A DNA stretch of 64,000 nt from Sphyrna mokarran (lineage: Eukaryota), in assembly GCA_024679065.1 (NCBI GenBank), contig JAGIQG010000009.1, forward strand, positions 62,434,001 through 62,498,000, read 5' to 3'. Position 1 is the first letter of the stretch. Each line of letters starts with the position of its first letter. Positions 37,401 through 50,446 of this stretch are shown here, in pieces. The translations under genes were made by a program, and so were the position numbers. The notes under the pieces are model-generated. The model was not told the DNA's origin and did not search any database. It was given only the letters and a program-made list of their open reading frames with translations.

Positions 37401-37964
37401 ATTACAGGTTCACCGGGGATGGGATTGCAATTATATTTCTTTACCCTTAATGAGGTGGTAATCAGTTTCTGGATGCCTGTAGAAATACTTTGCTTGAAAA
37501 CAAGGAGAGATTCCATTGTCTCTGAGAGAATTACCCTACAGCAATTCTTGTCAATACTGCACCTTCTCAATCACATTCTCACCTTAAATTATAGAACTCA
37601 GTTTTTTTTAATGTTTAATATTTTACACATAATTCTGTGTTTTTTCTCCATCATCATAATGACAGTGTATACAGCAAATGTATCAAATCTTTGGCCTCAG
37701 CTCTGAAGTCAAGTATCACTATTCTAAGATTTGAGATATTTGCACCAAGACCAAGTTAAAGTTGCCACAATCAGCATCTACAGGCCAGTAATTTCTGCTA
37801 AATGTGTTTAGTAAAATGATCAGCAATTAACACAAAGATTGCAGCCATTGCCATTAGAGAGCTAGGATATCCAATGTCTCCGGATTATGCAAGCCAGGAT
37901 CATGTAACATGGTCAGGACCCTGTTTTCTAAGGGGCATTGGGAGCATTCTGCTCTGCATCCTCT

Positions 37965-38298
37965 GAGAGGTGGTGGTTTAGTGGTATTGCTACTGCATGA
38001 GTGCAACCCCAGGATAATGTTCTGGGGACCAGAGTTCAAATCCTACTACCACTGATGGTGAAATTTGATTTAAAAAATAAATCTGGAATTAAAAGTCTAA
38101 TGATGACATTTGTGATTTTTGTTAAAAACACATCTGGTTCATTAATGTCCTTGAGGCAAAAAATCTGCCATCCTTATGTGCCCTGGCCTACATATGGCTC
38201 CAGACCCACAGTAATATGTTGGACTCTTAAATGCCCTCAGGGATGGGAAATAATTGCTGGCCCAGCCAGTGGATGCCCATAGCCCATGAACAAATAAA
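37965..38298 (+). mobile_element. tRNA-derived SINE (same family as 11845)
   Basis: Head, core and tail all present. Confidence 0.8.
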
Positions 38299-38347
38299 AT
38301 ACCCTGCACTGAGTAAATGAAGCACTGATCCTTAAATTCCATACTTC

Positions 38348-39248
38348 TGTCACAAGATACACCATCAAAATAGGTGGACATCTACATCTTTAAAAAAATC
38401 TCCCCTTCAACTCCAATGCAACATTAGTGTACCTTTAAGAAGAATTACTTCTAAATAATATACTCTGCAGTTGTAAAATTTTCTCAGTTTGTTTTTCTCA
38501 TTGTTGTTGGGCTGTCTAAGAAAGTTGTTTTTGCTGCTTAAACAGGGAGTTGTTTATTTTTACTGGGATGATTATGACTTTGCATTGTTAGGAGAAAAAT
38601 CTGGCTGGCAGGTCAGGTGATAGGAGTTTTTTTTTTCCCATTTTTCAGTTTAGATCTGCAGGTTTGAGATTTAGTTTTTAGCAGGGACAACAAGCTGAAA
38701 AGAAGTCTCTCTCTTTCTCTCTCTCTCCCTTCCTGGTTTTGGTCATTCTGCTGGTGAGCTGAAAACAAGATCTTGCCTTTCTAAAGAGGGGGGAGAAATC
38801 ACATGTTGATGGCTTGCCTAAAGTCCCTGGTGTTGTGGGAAGCTGTTCTAACTTCAAACTGTTCTGAGTCTAACCAGAGAACTGCAGACTTCATCCAAAG
38901 ATCTCAAGGCCAATATTGCGTGAGCATTATTCTTTGCCGTGTTAAACCTGTAGTTAGTTTATGGGATTGGTTTGATTGGAACACATTAGATATATTTGTT
39001 AAGGATTATACATTATAGCAGTTGTTCTTTTTCTTGTTTGTAATTGATGGAAGATCTTGCTTTTTTTAATTATACACATAAACTATATTCTTAAATAAAC
39101 TTTGTTTGATAAAATCTCCCTAGTGCATCATTTGAATCATACCTGAAGTGATATGTATCATGCTTATCCTACCCAAGTTCAAGAGGCATACTTACAATCC
39201 AGACAGTCTCCATAAAATACTTCGGAGTTTCTGACCTGAACCATGACA
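38348..39248 (+). mobile_element. Probable solo LTR (Gypsy-like)
   Basis: Inverted termini TGTCAC...ATGACA, internal (CT)n, AATAAA about 150 bp before the end; no TSD seen. Confidence 0.5.
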
Positions 39249-39539
39249 CCAGCTTTGTGTCTAACACTTGAAGTATCACATTGGTCTTCTGCATTTTAAG
39301 CAACTGATATTTTAAACAAAGAATACAGAGCTCCAGTGTTCTGATCTTCTTTACATTATGAAGGAAATTGCATGTTAAATGAATAAAAATGCTCTGAGTA
39401 ATCATGGCTTTTGGACTCCAGGTACCTAAGCTGTTTCATTGCCAAACATCTCTCAATAACAAACAGAAAATGCTGAGATAACTAAAGTTTTCTTTGCACA
39501 AATATTTCAACTTCTAATCAAAATGCATTCAGAATAGAA

Positions 39540-41000
39540 ACAGCACAGAGTTTAGGAATCAGCCCAAAAATTGTCAGATTAACTTAGCCTGATAAACTCA
39601 CAGCTAAGATCAAATTATGTGATTCAGGGCAACAGGATGTCTAGCAAACTGTTTACAAGACCAAATTTGGGATGCGGATTAAAGGTGACTGATGGAATAT
39701 TTCACCAGCTGCTAGAGACATTGTTGCTCCATATTTAAATCATGGAATTGGACTGAGGAATCAGAAGTATAATGAATGTCACCAAATTGAGAAATAGAAT
39801 TAATACTCAGGAATGTGATACAATATATATGAAGACTTTAACAAATTTATTGAATTGGTGCATCAATGTCCAATTAATTTGAAGTGTGCTTTTTGGGAAG
39901 ATCTGAGAGGTCATGGCAACATGATCAGGGACAAGAAAGATTCATCTGATATTTTAATTGAATATAAAGAGTTGACAAGCTTCCTAAGAGGTATCAGTCT
40001 TCATTGTGGAGAAGGATTAAATACCAGAGATAGGAAAAAAAGTAAAACTAATTCAAGAGAAGTAACTTACTAGCTGAAATAAAAATGAAAAATAACAACA
40101 GTGAAATTAATGACGCTGAAGAGACCAAATCTGCAGGATGTGATAGTTTCCACCCTGGTCAGGCATTAAAAGAATAGTTTGGGAAATTTGTTGATGCTTT
40201 AGCATGATCAGCTTTACCTTTCCTTTGGTCCCCCGTTAACTACTTATACGTTGTAAAAGTCTTTAGGGTTGATGTCTCTCTTCATCACTAATCTGTTCTC
40301 ATATACTTAGTTTCTTCCTTTCTTATTCCAATTTTTAATCTCTGTATTTTCCATATTCTGCTTGATTTAATGATCCTTGCATTTGTTATAAACCTCCATT
40401 CATTTTAATTTCTTTATGTTTAGTCATCTAGGAAGCTCTAGTTTTGGATATCTCACTTTTTTTCCCTTGTGAGAATCCTCTCATGTCTACTCTGTGCCTA
40501 AACTATCACCTCACAAAAGGTTTCCTATTTTTTGATTCCCATTTTCCTACCAATCCCTGCTCCACTCAAAGATTAAACAACACTTGATACTATTAGATTC
40601 AATCAGAATTCAGGAGAAACTTTACTCCGAGAGTGATGCGAATGTTGAATTTGTGGCCACTTTGAGTGACTGAGGTGACTAACATGGATGCGTTCAGGAG
40701 GGAGCAAGATATGGACACGAGGGAAAAAGGAATGGGATGATAAGTTGACTGGGTGAAATGTAGGTTCATGTGGATCATAAACACTGGAATAGCACAAATG
40801 TCATTTTTCTTTTGCTGTATCTTGTAATATGCTGAAATCTGCTGTCCTTACCTGGTCTGGCTGATTTGTGATTCCAGAGCCATAGCAATATGGTTAACTT
40901 TCAACTGCCTCTGAAATGACCTAGAAAGCCACTCAGTTCAAGGACAACCAGTGACGGACAATAAATGCTGGCCAGCGAGTGATGCCCATTACCCATTCAG
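39540..41000. mobile_element. Cluster of decayed CR1 fragments plus SINE 3' half (40835-41000)
   Basis: 'ttcaggagaaactttactccgagagtgatgcgaatgttgaat' (FRRNF..RV) at about 40610 and other CR1 remnants. Confidence 0.55.
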
Positions 41001-41999
41001 AATATCATCTCAAAACATGGCATCAGCCTTGGCCTGAATACCAATGATACTAAATTCTCATGGGAAAATGTGGAAGGAAACACAAACCTCAGACATAAAA
41101 AGTACTTGGGAATTTCTTGCCTGATACACAAATTGGGATCTTCCAATAAATATATGTTTATTCTGAACTCCTGAAGTCTCAGTCAAAATATAAACTAATG
41201 AGAAGCAATGATTTGCACCCAGTGCAAATCTATCTGAAACAGAAAGTGATATCAGGTATATTAATTTGCACAGCCCACTTCAGAACAGACCATCAGTGAT
41301 CCGTTCAAAGGATTGGCACAGGAGTTACTTCTGAATTCAACACAAGAAAAGAAATTCACTGTGAAAACTTGAAGGCAGGTTGCCTCATCTATGCAAACAG
41401 AACCTAATTCTACACTGATGCATGATGAAGTCAATGGTACTGAATTTCCTCTGCCCAAGTTGCAAGACTACTAAATGCTGGGATTTATACCCCAATATCT
41501 CTGGAATTGGAATTATGCTCTTGCACACCTTCTTCTTTCCAACATTTCTCCTCAAAATAATTGAAGTCCCTCATCCCTGTTCACTGAACATTCTGATCAG
41601 ATCTTGTCAAGTACAGGTGTAATCCTTCACAATGGTGGATTCAGACTAATGTGCAGAAATGAGAAAATAAATCCAACACATTTTAAAAGCAGAAGATGGT
41701 TAGAAGCCAATCGAGAGGTTATAATCAGTCCAACTGACCCAAAAAATACAAGTCTGGAAGCTGTGTTTTCATGATCCAATCTTTCATTGTTTCAATCTTC
41801 TCATCAATTCCAATACATCTGCTCTTCTCTATAAAAGTCAAGGGTAAGTACTAAAAATTTTATTTTTGTTCTGCTGATGAAATTATTCATGTCCATACTT
41901 TGGGATGAATCAAAACTCTTCCCTTATGTTGTCGGCCACTAAAACAGAGCTGACTGCAGATCAGTTTGAAAATGCATGTCTTAAATGGTTATGTTTATT

Positions 42000-43000
42000 G
42001 CAATTATTGTTTGAAGTTGGATAACTGAATACTGGCGTTTCATTTTCGACTGCGCAGTGGATAAATCTGAGGGAGCGGTTTAAATGCCTTCCCTCTTCCA
42101 GCACAAATGCTGGAACTGACAATATATTAAAAAAAGACCACTTCTTCCAACAACCCTCTTTCCCCTGCTGCTCATTTGTATACTCCCTGTAGAATTGGAC
42201 ATATATTGACTAATGCTGAACAGTAATTTACAGTTGTTGGTGGAGATGCGAGCCTTGGTCGTCATAGCCTTTTAAAAACCTGAAAGAAAGCCATAAGAAA
42301 TTATGTGCAGAAGATGTTCAGCATAAACCTAATTTACAATAGACTCTCACAACAATAATCCGATAACCTCCGTTGTAACCAGCCTAGTTTATGGCTCTGC
42401 TTTCCTGTAACAGTGAGAACATGTAATGTGCTTTTCTTATGATATACTCTGCCATAATCCTTTTTGCATAGCTGCCCAAGATAGTGTTAAAGAAAGCTGC
42501 TTCACATCAATTTTAAAGTATAATTACTGAATAATTGCTTTGGTGTCAAAGATATTTTAATTAAAACAATTGAATACCGACACATTATTATTCACCGTGT
42601 GGGGTTTAAACCAACGGAATGATTTAACTCGATATTATCTTGCTTTCTGAGCTGGAGGGATGGTGGGAGGAGGGGGGAGCGCATAATTCAGCGAATTAAA
42701 ACTGTTTTCTTCGCCTCAATTTAATTTTACGTGTGGGACCCTTGACATTATAAAGGGATTCATTCTATTTATTTTCACAACATTGAACTTACAGGTGACA
42801 TTTCTTTGCTTACTAGCACTGCGGGACAATAAAATTCAAGCAGGCTTCAAATCAAGCTTAGATCAGAGGGCATAATCATATATTTTCTCTATGCAATAAA
42901 ATGGGAGTATGTGGGAAGAAAAAATATTGCTGCAAAATTTATACCTTGACTATGCAGCATGCTGCGAGGAAATCTTTGAGAAGTAAAGGCACCTTATTTC
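42000..43000. promoter_or_regulatory. Candidate conserved non-coding block, including a minus-strand splice acceptor at 42280
   Basis: Repeat-free, CpG-retaining, TAAT-rich; 'ctttctttcag|G' acceptor. Confidence 0.3.
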
Positions 43001-44093
43001 AATGCAAGATCTATTTTGCATAATTTAGAAGAAAGTGAAATTTCCCCCAAACAGAGTGAGGGTGCTATATATTATTAAAGATGTCAGAATTTGCCGCACC
43101 ATACTTTATACAAGTACAGATCTTGATTGAAAGGAGCTGTGGCAAGTATGGGAAGGAGAGGTTAGTGCTCACATTAGATTACCATTTCAGTGAATTAATA
43201 AGATTATTGCATTTTCAAGGAATCGGACCATAATGTTTAAAGCCACTTTAAAGATTTAGTACTCCACACGTAAGTTTACACGAAAAAAAATCTTTGTCGG
43301 TTTAGACACTTGCTCAGGAGTATTACAATCACCATCTACAACACATTCACGTCAGCATACCGCCTTTCTATTTTTAGCTAATGCATCATAATTTCTAATA
43401 ATGAATTCACTAATGCAGCGAATTTTACTGCAATACTTGATCATCACTACCTTCAGGCATGTAAGTAATATAAAAACAAGGACAAATTATATTTCTCATT
43501 AATTGCCCAGGCATTTTTAATGATTAGGTACAGTGATTAAAATGTGCAGCTTCTAACATCACAGATGGCTTTTCAATAGAGAATCATACTAGATACTTCA
43601 AATTTGCACTTAACTTGACTATATAAAATACAAATAAACCTCAGGTACATGAAGATTCTGTTAACAAACTTATTTCTTTAAATTTGGAACCGTAATTTGA
43701 AAAAAAAAACAAATGCTCATCTATTCTTTGCATCACAAGTTCTGTGTATATTGAAGGTTAAAGGTTATCCTCTTGGCCAAGTCTCCTGACGTGGTAGTTA
43801 AAGGCAGGGAAAGATGAAACTGTATTATCATCATTGATCTTACATGGTGTCTGAGCTCACTCCAAAAAAGGAAAAAAAATAATTAATTTGAAGAATCATG
43901 ATGAAATAATCAGCTTTAGTGACCAGTAGAGGACAGGATTCAATGCTTATGCAACCATAAAGCATAGTGCTGAAGCAGAGAGATCTGCAGCTAGTCCATC
44001 CAAGCAGTCATCCCTCAAATCTTTTTTCAAAACTGACTTGAATACCACTGCAATGGGAGCCCATCAAAACCAGCAAGTCGGGGTAAACACTTT

Positions 44094-44227
44094 GCGTGGG
44101 ATTTTCCAGCCATGTTTGCTGCGAAACCAGAAAATCCTGCCCCAGGTCGACAGACCCTTGCATGGTCTGAGCGCACCCATTCCCCGGCTATGATTCCTAT
44201 GGCGAGCAGGGCAAGAAAATTTCCTCC
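44094..44227. mobile_element. Short GC-rich MITE
   Basis: Imperfect terminal inverted repeats gggattttcc / gaaaatttcc, ~130 bp. Confidence 0.55.
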
Positions 44228-45371
44228 GTTTTCTTCAAACAACCAAACCTCAATTTCAGCAACTTCTTAAAGCTGAACCAACAGTTTAAACATTTTGTAA
44301 CCTTAGATCAGAAATCAACTCACTCATATTAATTTAGACTTAACCAAGGTCCAACCCTTGGTACTTTGAGAAAAGATTCCTTAGATGCATGGTCGCTTCA
44401 GGTCTTAATTAAAAAGGCATGAACAAGTTAACAAGCTGGTTTGTTCAATAGGTCCAATAGCAGACAACATTATTGCTAGACAAGGAATCAATCATCTGTG
44501 ACATTTGAAATATGAAAATTGTTTAATGTTTCTTTTAACCCAAGGAGAAACAAAATCCTTGGAAGGATTAAATTTCATAAATTGTCCAGCAACCAAGAGA
44601 AGCTATTGATGCCTTGTTTAATGACTTGTATTGATTGGCCAAAGGCTGAGAAAATGGAGACCTAAAACCTGAATGACCAGGGACAGAGTAGTTGTAAGAG
44701 GAGTGGATGGCGTAATCTCAGACATGCTGCAAGCAAAGGAAGATCTAGTCTTCGAGAAAAACATTTATAAACTGGGGCTGGAAACCCACATTGTTCAGAC
44801 TAGCCAACTACTCAGATGACTACCATGACACTTCCAGTGAATGATAAACAAGAGAGCAACAAGTAGCAATACCTCAAATTCCGATTCAAACAACTGTTGG
44901 CAACATCAATTCGGCCACCACAGAACAAACACTGCAACTCGTGGCCAACTTAGCAATACTACAGACAATGCCGGAACCAAGTAGCAGCCATTGCCGACAG
45001 CTCATTACACAACTAAACAAAGACAACGCTTCCTCATAACAGGAATAGCCATCTTCCTTCTCAGCCGGCATCATGATGACCCACATGATGAAGGAAGATG
45101 AGGGAAAAAAAAAACATGGATATGTTGTCAACCCTGCATGAAACAATAACCACATTTCAGCCCAGCTGCCAAATCAACAATGAGCAATTCAATGCCAAGG
45201 AATGGACAGAGAGGATAAAAATATGCCCAGCTGTCAGAACAGAAGTTTACCTGCAACAATAGAATCTACCACTCCTCTAACAATAGTAATATGAGATATG
45301 GAAGAGAATTAGAAGGCTTCAAGTTGCCTGAACTTGTGAACTCAGAGTCAGGGCATGGATGGAGGAGATCA

Positions 45372-45699
45372 TGGTAATGAAATAAATACACAGGGTAAAC
45401 TAGAATAACTTGAATTATGTTGGATAAAGACTTGAAGAAAGTGTAGTACGAGGTCCAGATGTGGGATTAAGTACATTATTGCCCGCATATTGATGTAAGA
45501 GAACTCATGACCCACACCTAGGGATCCATCTAATGTTGGACACAGCCATGTGCACAAGCAAGCATAGAGACAGCTTCTAGGTTGAAGCCTTTACTCTGTA
45601 TAAGTGCGTAGTTCTTGTGGCTTAACAGACCAGTTAACCTACTTAAGACGATGAAGTTCTCATAAAAACCTACCGAATGATACCCAACATCCTTTAACA
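45372..45699 (+). mobile_element. LTR-like repeat, copy 1, preceded by purine tract (45357-45368)
   Basis: About 290 bp colinear inverted similarity to 46105-46430; TATA-like and ATAAAA signals. Confidence 0.6.
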
Positions 45700-46031
45700 A
45701 TCAGCGCTAAAGCCAATGAGTCCCACAGCCAGAGACCATATTTGTGCACTTTCTGGCAGGAGTCCCCAGATAACAATCAGAAACATGAACCCTGGACAAT
45801 GGTTCCCAACTTTTGCCCAGAATTCACAAGATTACAACTTCATTGCAGTGTTAATGTAGACCTACTTCTGACATTAATAAATAAATTTAAGAACTTAAAC
45901 AGCTTCCAGAGATGAAATGTGGAACCTGCAATCTGACACTAGTTTTGTTGTTTTTGTGGACCTAACCAAGTGATCCCTTTGGGATGCTTTGTAAACTGCT
46001 TAAACATGCTTAATCTGAAGAAATAAAAATA

Positions 46032-46436
46032 TGTAACAGAAAACTTCTCTAGCACAAATTTACTTTGTGCATAATTCTGAGCTATTTGGTTGGAAGTGTT
46101 AACCTGCTTAAGAACTTCATACCATAGTAGTATTACTCCTCTGTTAATTCACTGTTAGAAATCTAAATCTTAAGTAGGTTAACCATATGGTGTTTAGTGA
46201 CAAGAATAATATATTTATATAGAGTAACAGCTTCAATCTAGGGACTGTCCTGTGCACATGGCTCTGTCCAACATTAAACTAACCCAGAGGTTCGGGTCAT
46301 GAGTTGTCTTACATTAATATAACAGCAATAATGTACTTAGTCCCACAATAGACCTTCGTAATACACTTTCCTCCAAGTCTTCATCCAATGTATTTCAAGT
46401 TATTCGAGTTTGCCCTGTGTATTTATATAAACTACA
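46032..46436 (-). mobile_element. LTR-like repeat, copy 2 (inverted, solo-LTR-like)
   Basis: Minus strand starts TGTAGT and ends TTACA; contains TATATAAA; homologous to copy 1. Confidence 0.6.
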
Positions 46437-47244
46437 TCAATCTGCAGTGAAATTTGAGCAGGCATAAGCATAGGTTTATTTTTGTGCCAGTTATGGGGTT
46501 AATGCCTCAGAGCCCTGGTGAACAGCCACTGCAAGAATGCATCATAGTCACAGCAATCTGTCAGGTGCAGATTCAGTCTCACACATGTTTGTAGAGTTAC
46601 AAAGAGTGCAAATGGCTCTAATTGGAGCAGTAACAATCTGAAATGCACAATTCTCAAATTACTATTTAACATCTGTACTTGGATACAATTTCCATTATGA
46701 AGTGCTGATTTTTGTACAGGGCAGTGGATAAAATATACCAGCAGAAGGGACCAAATGAAAACTGTATCACTGTGTTAACTGACCTACATTAAACAGGTCA
46801 GTGGAGATAGTTCGCAAAATGCCAGTGTGGTAATTTTAATGAGTTTTGCTAAAAGGTGTATTTAATTGGATCGACCCTCATTAGGAAACGATCATTTACA
46901 AAAATGATGCCGAACAATCAAAGGCATCAGGAGACAATAAAAGTGAACCTGAAATTGGGCATAATTTAAGGAATACAGTTTGATGCAAGCGAAGGCTAAA
47001 AATTGGCTCAGTCTTAATGAAATTCTGAACCACACACTGAAATATTTAATTGAAATACTGGAACATTTGGTGAATGAGCTGGAGGAGTCAGCACACCATG
47101 GAGTGGCAGGGTGTGTGGTCACCCCTGTAATGTCTGGTCTCAGCCATATTTCAGAAAAGCATTCTCAGCAAAAACTGCATCTGCTGCCATCAACTTTTGT
47201 CTAATTGCAGGAATATTAATAGGACTGAAATAAAAACATTAGTC

Positions 47245-47570
47245 ATATGACAAGGCAGACCTTCCAAACCCATGACCACTCCCATCTTGAAGGACAAGGG
47301 CAGCAGAAACCTAGGAATACCATCACCTGCAAGATGTCCTCCACGTTACTCACCATCCTGACTTGGAAATGCGTTGCCACTCATTCACTGTTGCTGGATC
47401 AAAATTCTGGAACTCCCTCCTTAACAGCACCATGGGTATACATACACCACATGGACCACAGCAGCGATTCAAAAAAGCAGCTCACCACCACTATCTGAAG
47501 AATAATTAGAAATGAGCAACAAATTCTGATCATGCTAGTGACGCCCATATCTCACAAATGTATTTTTAAA
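47245..47570 (+). mobile_element. LINE 3' end (CR1/L2 class)
   Basis: 'aaaattctggaactccctcc' (KFWNSLP) and 'ttcaaaaaagcagctcaccaccac' (FKKAAHHH) plus tail. Confidence 0.75.
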
Positions 47571-47675
47571 ATTCCTTCCCGAGTTATGAACTTTTTTGAT
47601 CTATTAATTCATGGGATGTGGACTTAACTGGCCAGACCAGCATTCATTGGCCACCTCTAATTGCCCGTGAGAAGG

Positions 47676-48024
47676 TACGGTAACAGTGCACTGTGCTTAG
47701 CACTGCTGCTTCACAGCTCCAGGGACTTGGGTTTGATTCCCGGCACGGGTCACTGTCTGTATGCAGTTCGCACATTCTCCTCGTGTCTGCATGGGTTTCC
47801 TCTGGGTGCTCCGGTTTCCTCCCACAGTCCAAAGATGTGGGGGTTAGGTTGATTGACCATTCTAAAATTGCCCCTTAGTGTCCTGAGATGCTTCTGTTAG
47901 AGGAATTAGTAGGTAAAATATGTTGGGACACGGGGTACAGCATGGGTGGGCTTGTGTTCGGTGCAGATTCGATGGGCCAAAGGGGCTCTTGCTGCACTGT
48001 AGGGTTCTATGGCTCTATGATTCT
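47676..48024 (+). mobile_element. Full-length HE1/V-SINE-like SINE with AGAAGG target-site duplication
   Basis: tRNA head, V-like domain, CR1 tail with 'tctatg' repeats; agaagg at 47670-47675 and 48025-48030. Confidence 0.9.
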
Positions 48025-48179
48025 AGAAGGAGTGGCAAGCTGTATTCTTGAACTGCTCAGTCCATGTGGTGTGGATACTGATTTAGAAAGTAGAAGATCC
48101 TAAATGTGACATCTGCAAATCTCTCTATCTGTGCCTTGTCCTAATTCAGTCATGTACATTTAGCCCTCTTACATGCAGA

Positions 48180-48460
48180 TCACAGAATCCTATAATAGAA
48201 TCATACAATAGAATTCTATAATAGAATCCTATAATAGGATCCCTACAGAGTGGAAGAGTTCATTCAGCCCATCAAGTCTGCGCCAACTCTCTGACAGAGT
48301 ATCTTACCCAGGTCCTCTTCATCACCCTATCCCTGTAACTCCTCACATTTAATATGGCCAATCCACCGAAACTTCAGATCTTTGGATTGTAGGAAGAAAC
48401 CAGAGCACCCAGAAGAAACCGACACAGATTCAGTGAAAGCATAAAACTCTACATAGTCTG
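48180..48460 (-). mobile_element. HE1/V-SINE-like SINE, head missing, expanded tail repeats
   Basis: 'tataatagaatc' tail repeats and central domain. Confidence 0.8.
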
Positions 48461-49565
48461 TAGTCAGCCTCTAGCTTACATTCTATATACTAGTTCCTCA
48501 ATACTGTGTCTGATTTATAATCGTTTTCATTGCCAACATTTCACTTCACAAAAGCCCAAAAAGACCATTCTTATTACTGCTGAATGGCACATTAAATATC
48601 ATTCAGAGCAAAAAAACCTTCCCTTCTCACAAAATGTCATTCTCAGTTGCACAGTTTTGTAGTTGGAAAATGGCAAAGAAAATTGAGGTTTAGCAGTAAC
48701 ACTGAGGTGGGATTTCCTGCAGATACTTTATCACTTATTCTGCCCTGCACATATATATGGCTTTCCCTGATGTTTTTTCTTTGCTAATATAACTACTGGG
48801 AATTAAAGAAGAATTTCAAATAAAGGAGAAGCACGCCAGTGGTACTGTGCTGCTACTAGACCTTTGACATCCGCATGCATTTTGCTATTAGTAAAACTGG
48901 AAAAAAAAACTAGGTTCTCTCACCAGCTGTAGATTTTTATTATCACGATTAGGTTGCTGGATGTTCAGTCTAACTCTCCAAACATTTATTTGAATCTAAT
49001 CTATTGATATACTTTTCCAACATTTTATAGATGCTTGCATTTTTCCTACTTCCTTAATCTGTACCCCAGCTTTGGGACCTGTCAGAGTGAAGTGTCCTCA
49101 GTATTATTTCATTCATTTGACTATTTTCAATCCACTGATTACTGTGCAGAACTTAAGTATATATTTCACATGCATACTGGTACTGAGTACACTCTTTTTC
49201 CACTTGGTTACAAAACTCTCCTATTTTCTTAATATCTGTTTCATTGAAAAAAAAAGGGTTTATTTTACATTCTCAATGTTTATAATTGTTGCAAATGAAT
49301 AGATTCAGAGTGCCACCTTAGTGAAAAAACGTGCTCAGGTTTGTTTGAGTAGCAGTGAAGAAGCATCATGAACCTCATGATTTTGCCTATTCCAAAGGTA
49401 TCTTATCAAACATTACCCTTTTAGGTGGCCATTATGAGCAAAAGGAGTACATTCTTTTAAGTGAACTATTTGGAAGTAATATTTCTTGATGTTAAACCTA
49501 AACATAACGAATTTGGTAAAAGTTTTTTTTTAATTCTTTCACAGGATATTAGCAATAGTAGTATT

Positions 49566-49930
49566 TTAGAGCATCCCTACAGTGCAGAAGGAGGCCATTT
49601 GACCTATTGAGCCTGCACTGACTTAGGCTCTATTGCCATAATTCCATGCACTTACCCAGCTAGTCCCCTTGATACTTAACACTGCCAATACACCTAAACT
49701 ACACAGCTTTGGACACTAAGGAGCAATTTAGCATGGTCAATCCACCTAACCTGCATTGTTGGAGGAAACCAAATGGTGGACAAAACCAGAGCACCTTGAA
49801 GAAACCCATACAGACATCGGGGGAACATGCAAATTCCACAGAATTCCACACAGTGACTCAAGCTGGGAATTGAACCACGGTCTCTGGTGCTGTGAGGCAG
49901 CAGTGCTAACCATTGTACCACCACGCTGCC
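49566..49930 (-). mobile_element. HE1/V-SINE-like SINE
   Basis: Tail, central domain and head. Confidence 0.85.
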
Positions 49931-50004
49931 CCATTTGTTGCCTATCCCTAGTTGTTCTTGAAATGAAAATTGCTGGGCCAATGCAGAGAGCAGGTAAGAG
50001 AACT

Positions 50005-50446
50005 ATTCCCACAGAACTATTCGCAGAATAGGGGAGTCCTCCTATACCCTGTTCAACAGTTATCTCTCAGTCAGATAAATTATCTGGTCATTACCACCTT
50101 GGTGTTTGTAGGACTTTGCTGCGTTGTTTACATTACCAAGTGACAACACTTAGACATTCGACATTGGGACATTATGAAGCTGTGAATGACACTATGGAAT
50201 AACAAGTCATTTTTGCTCTGCTCCTCCCTCCACCCTGCCTTAAGTCAGTTAGCGGAACTCAGCATAGGTCTTGGAGCTTTCCTAATCCTCCTGTGTGCAT
50301 GTATCAGCTGAATAAAACCTCCTTCTGGCAGGCATCAAATCAATTCTGAGGTGAGTTTAACTTCCTTTTCCTCATACAAGTGCAAGAAACTTCGACCTTT
50401 GTCACATGATGAATTGTATTGTAAATAACATTGTCTGTTCTTGATT
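50005..50446 (+). repeat. Direct copy of 51716-52148 inserted into a minus-strand SINE (~49930-50000 and 50457-50742)
   Basis: Long near-identical match visible base by base. Confidence 0.95.

Noticed and set aside
47676-47760. tRNA genes (here and at other A/B-box sites)
   Set aside because: Degenerate SINE heads joined to SINE bodies; no cloverleaf.
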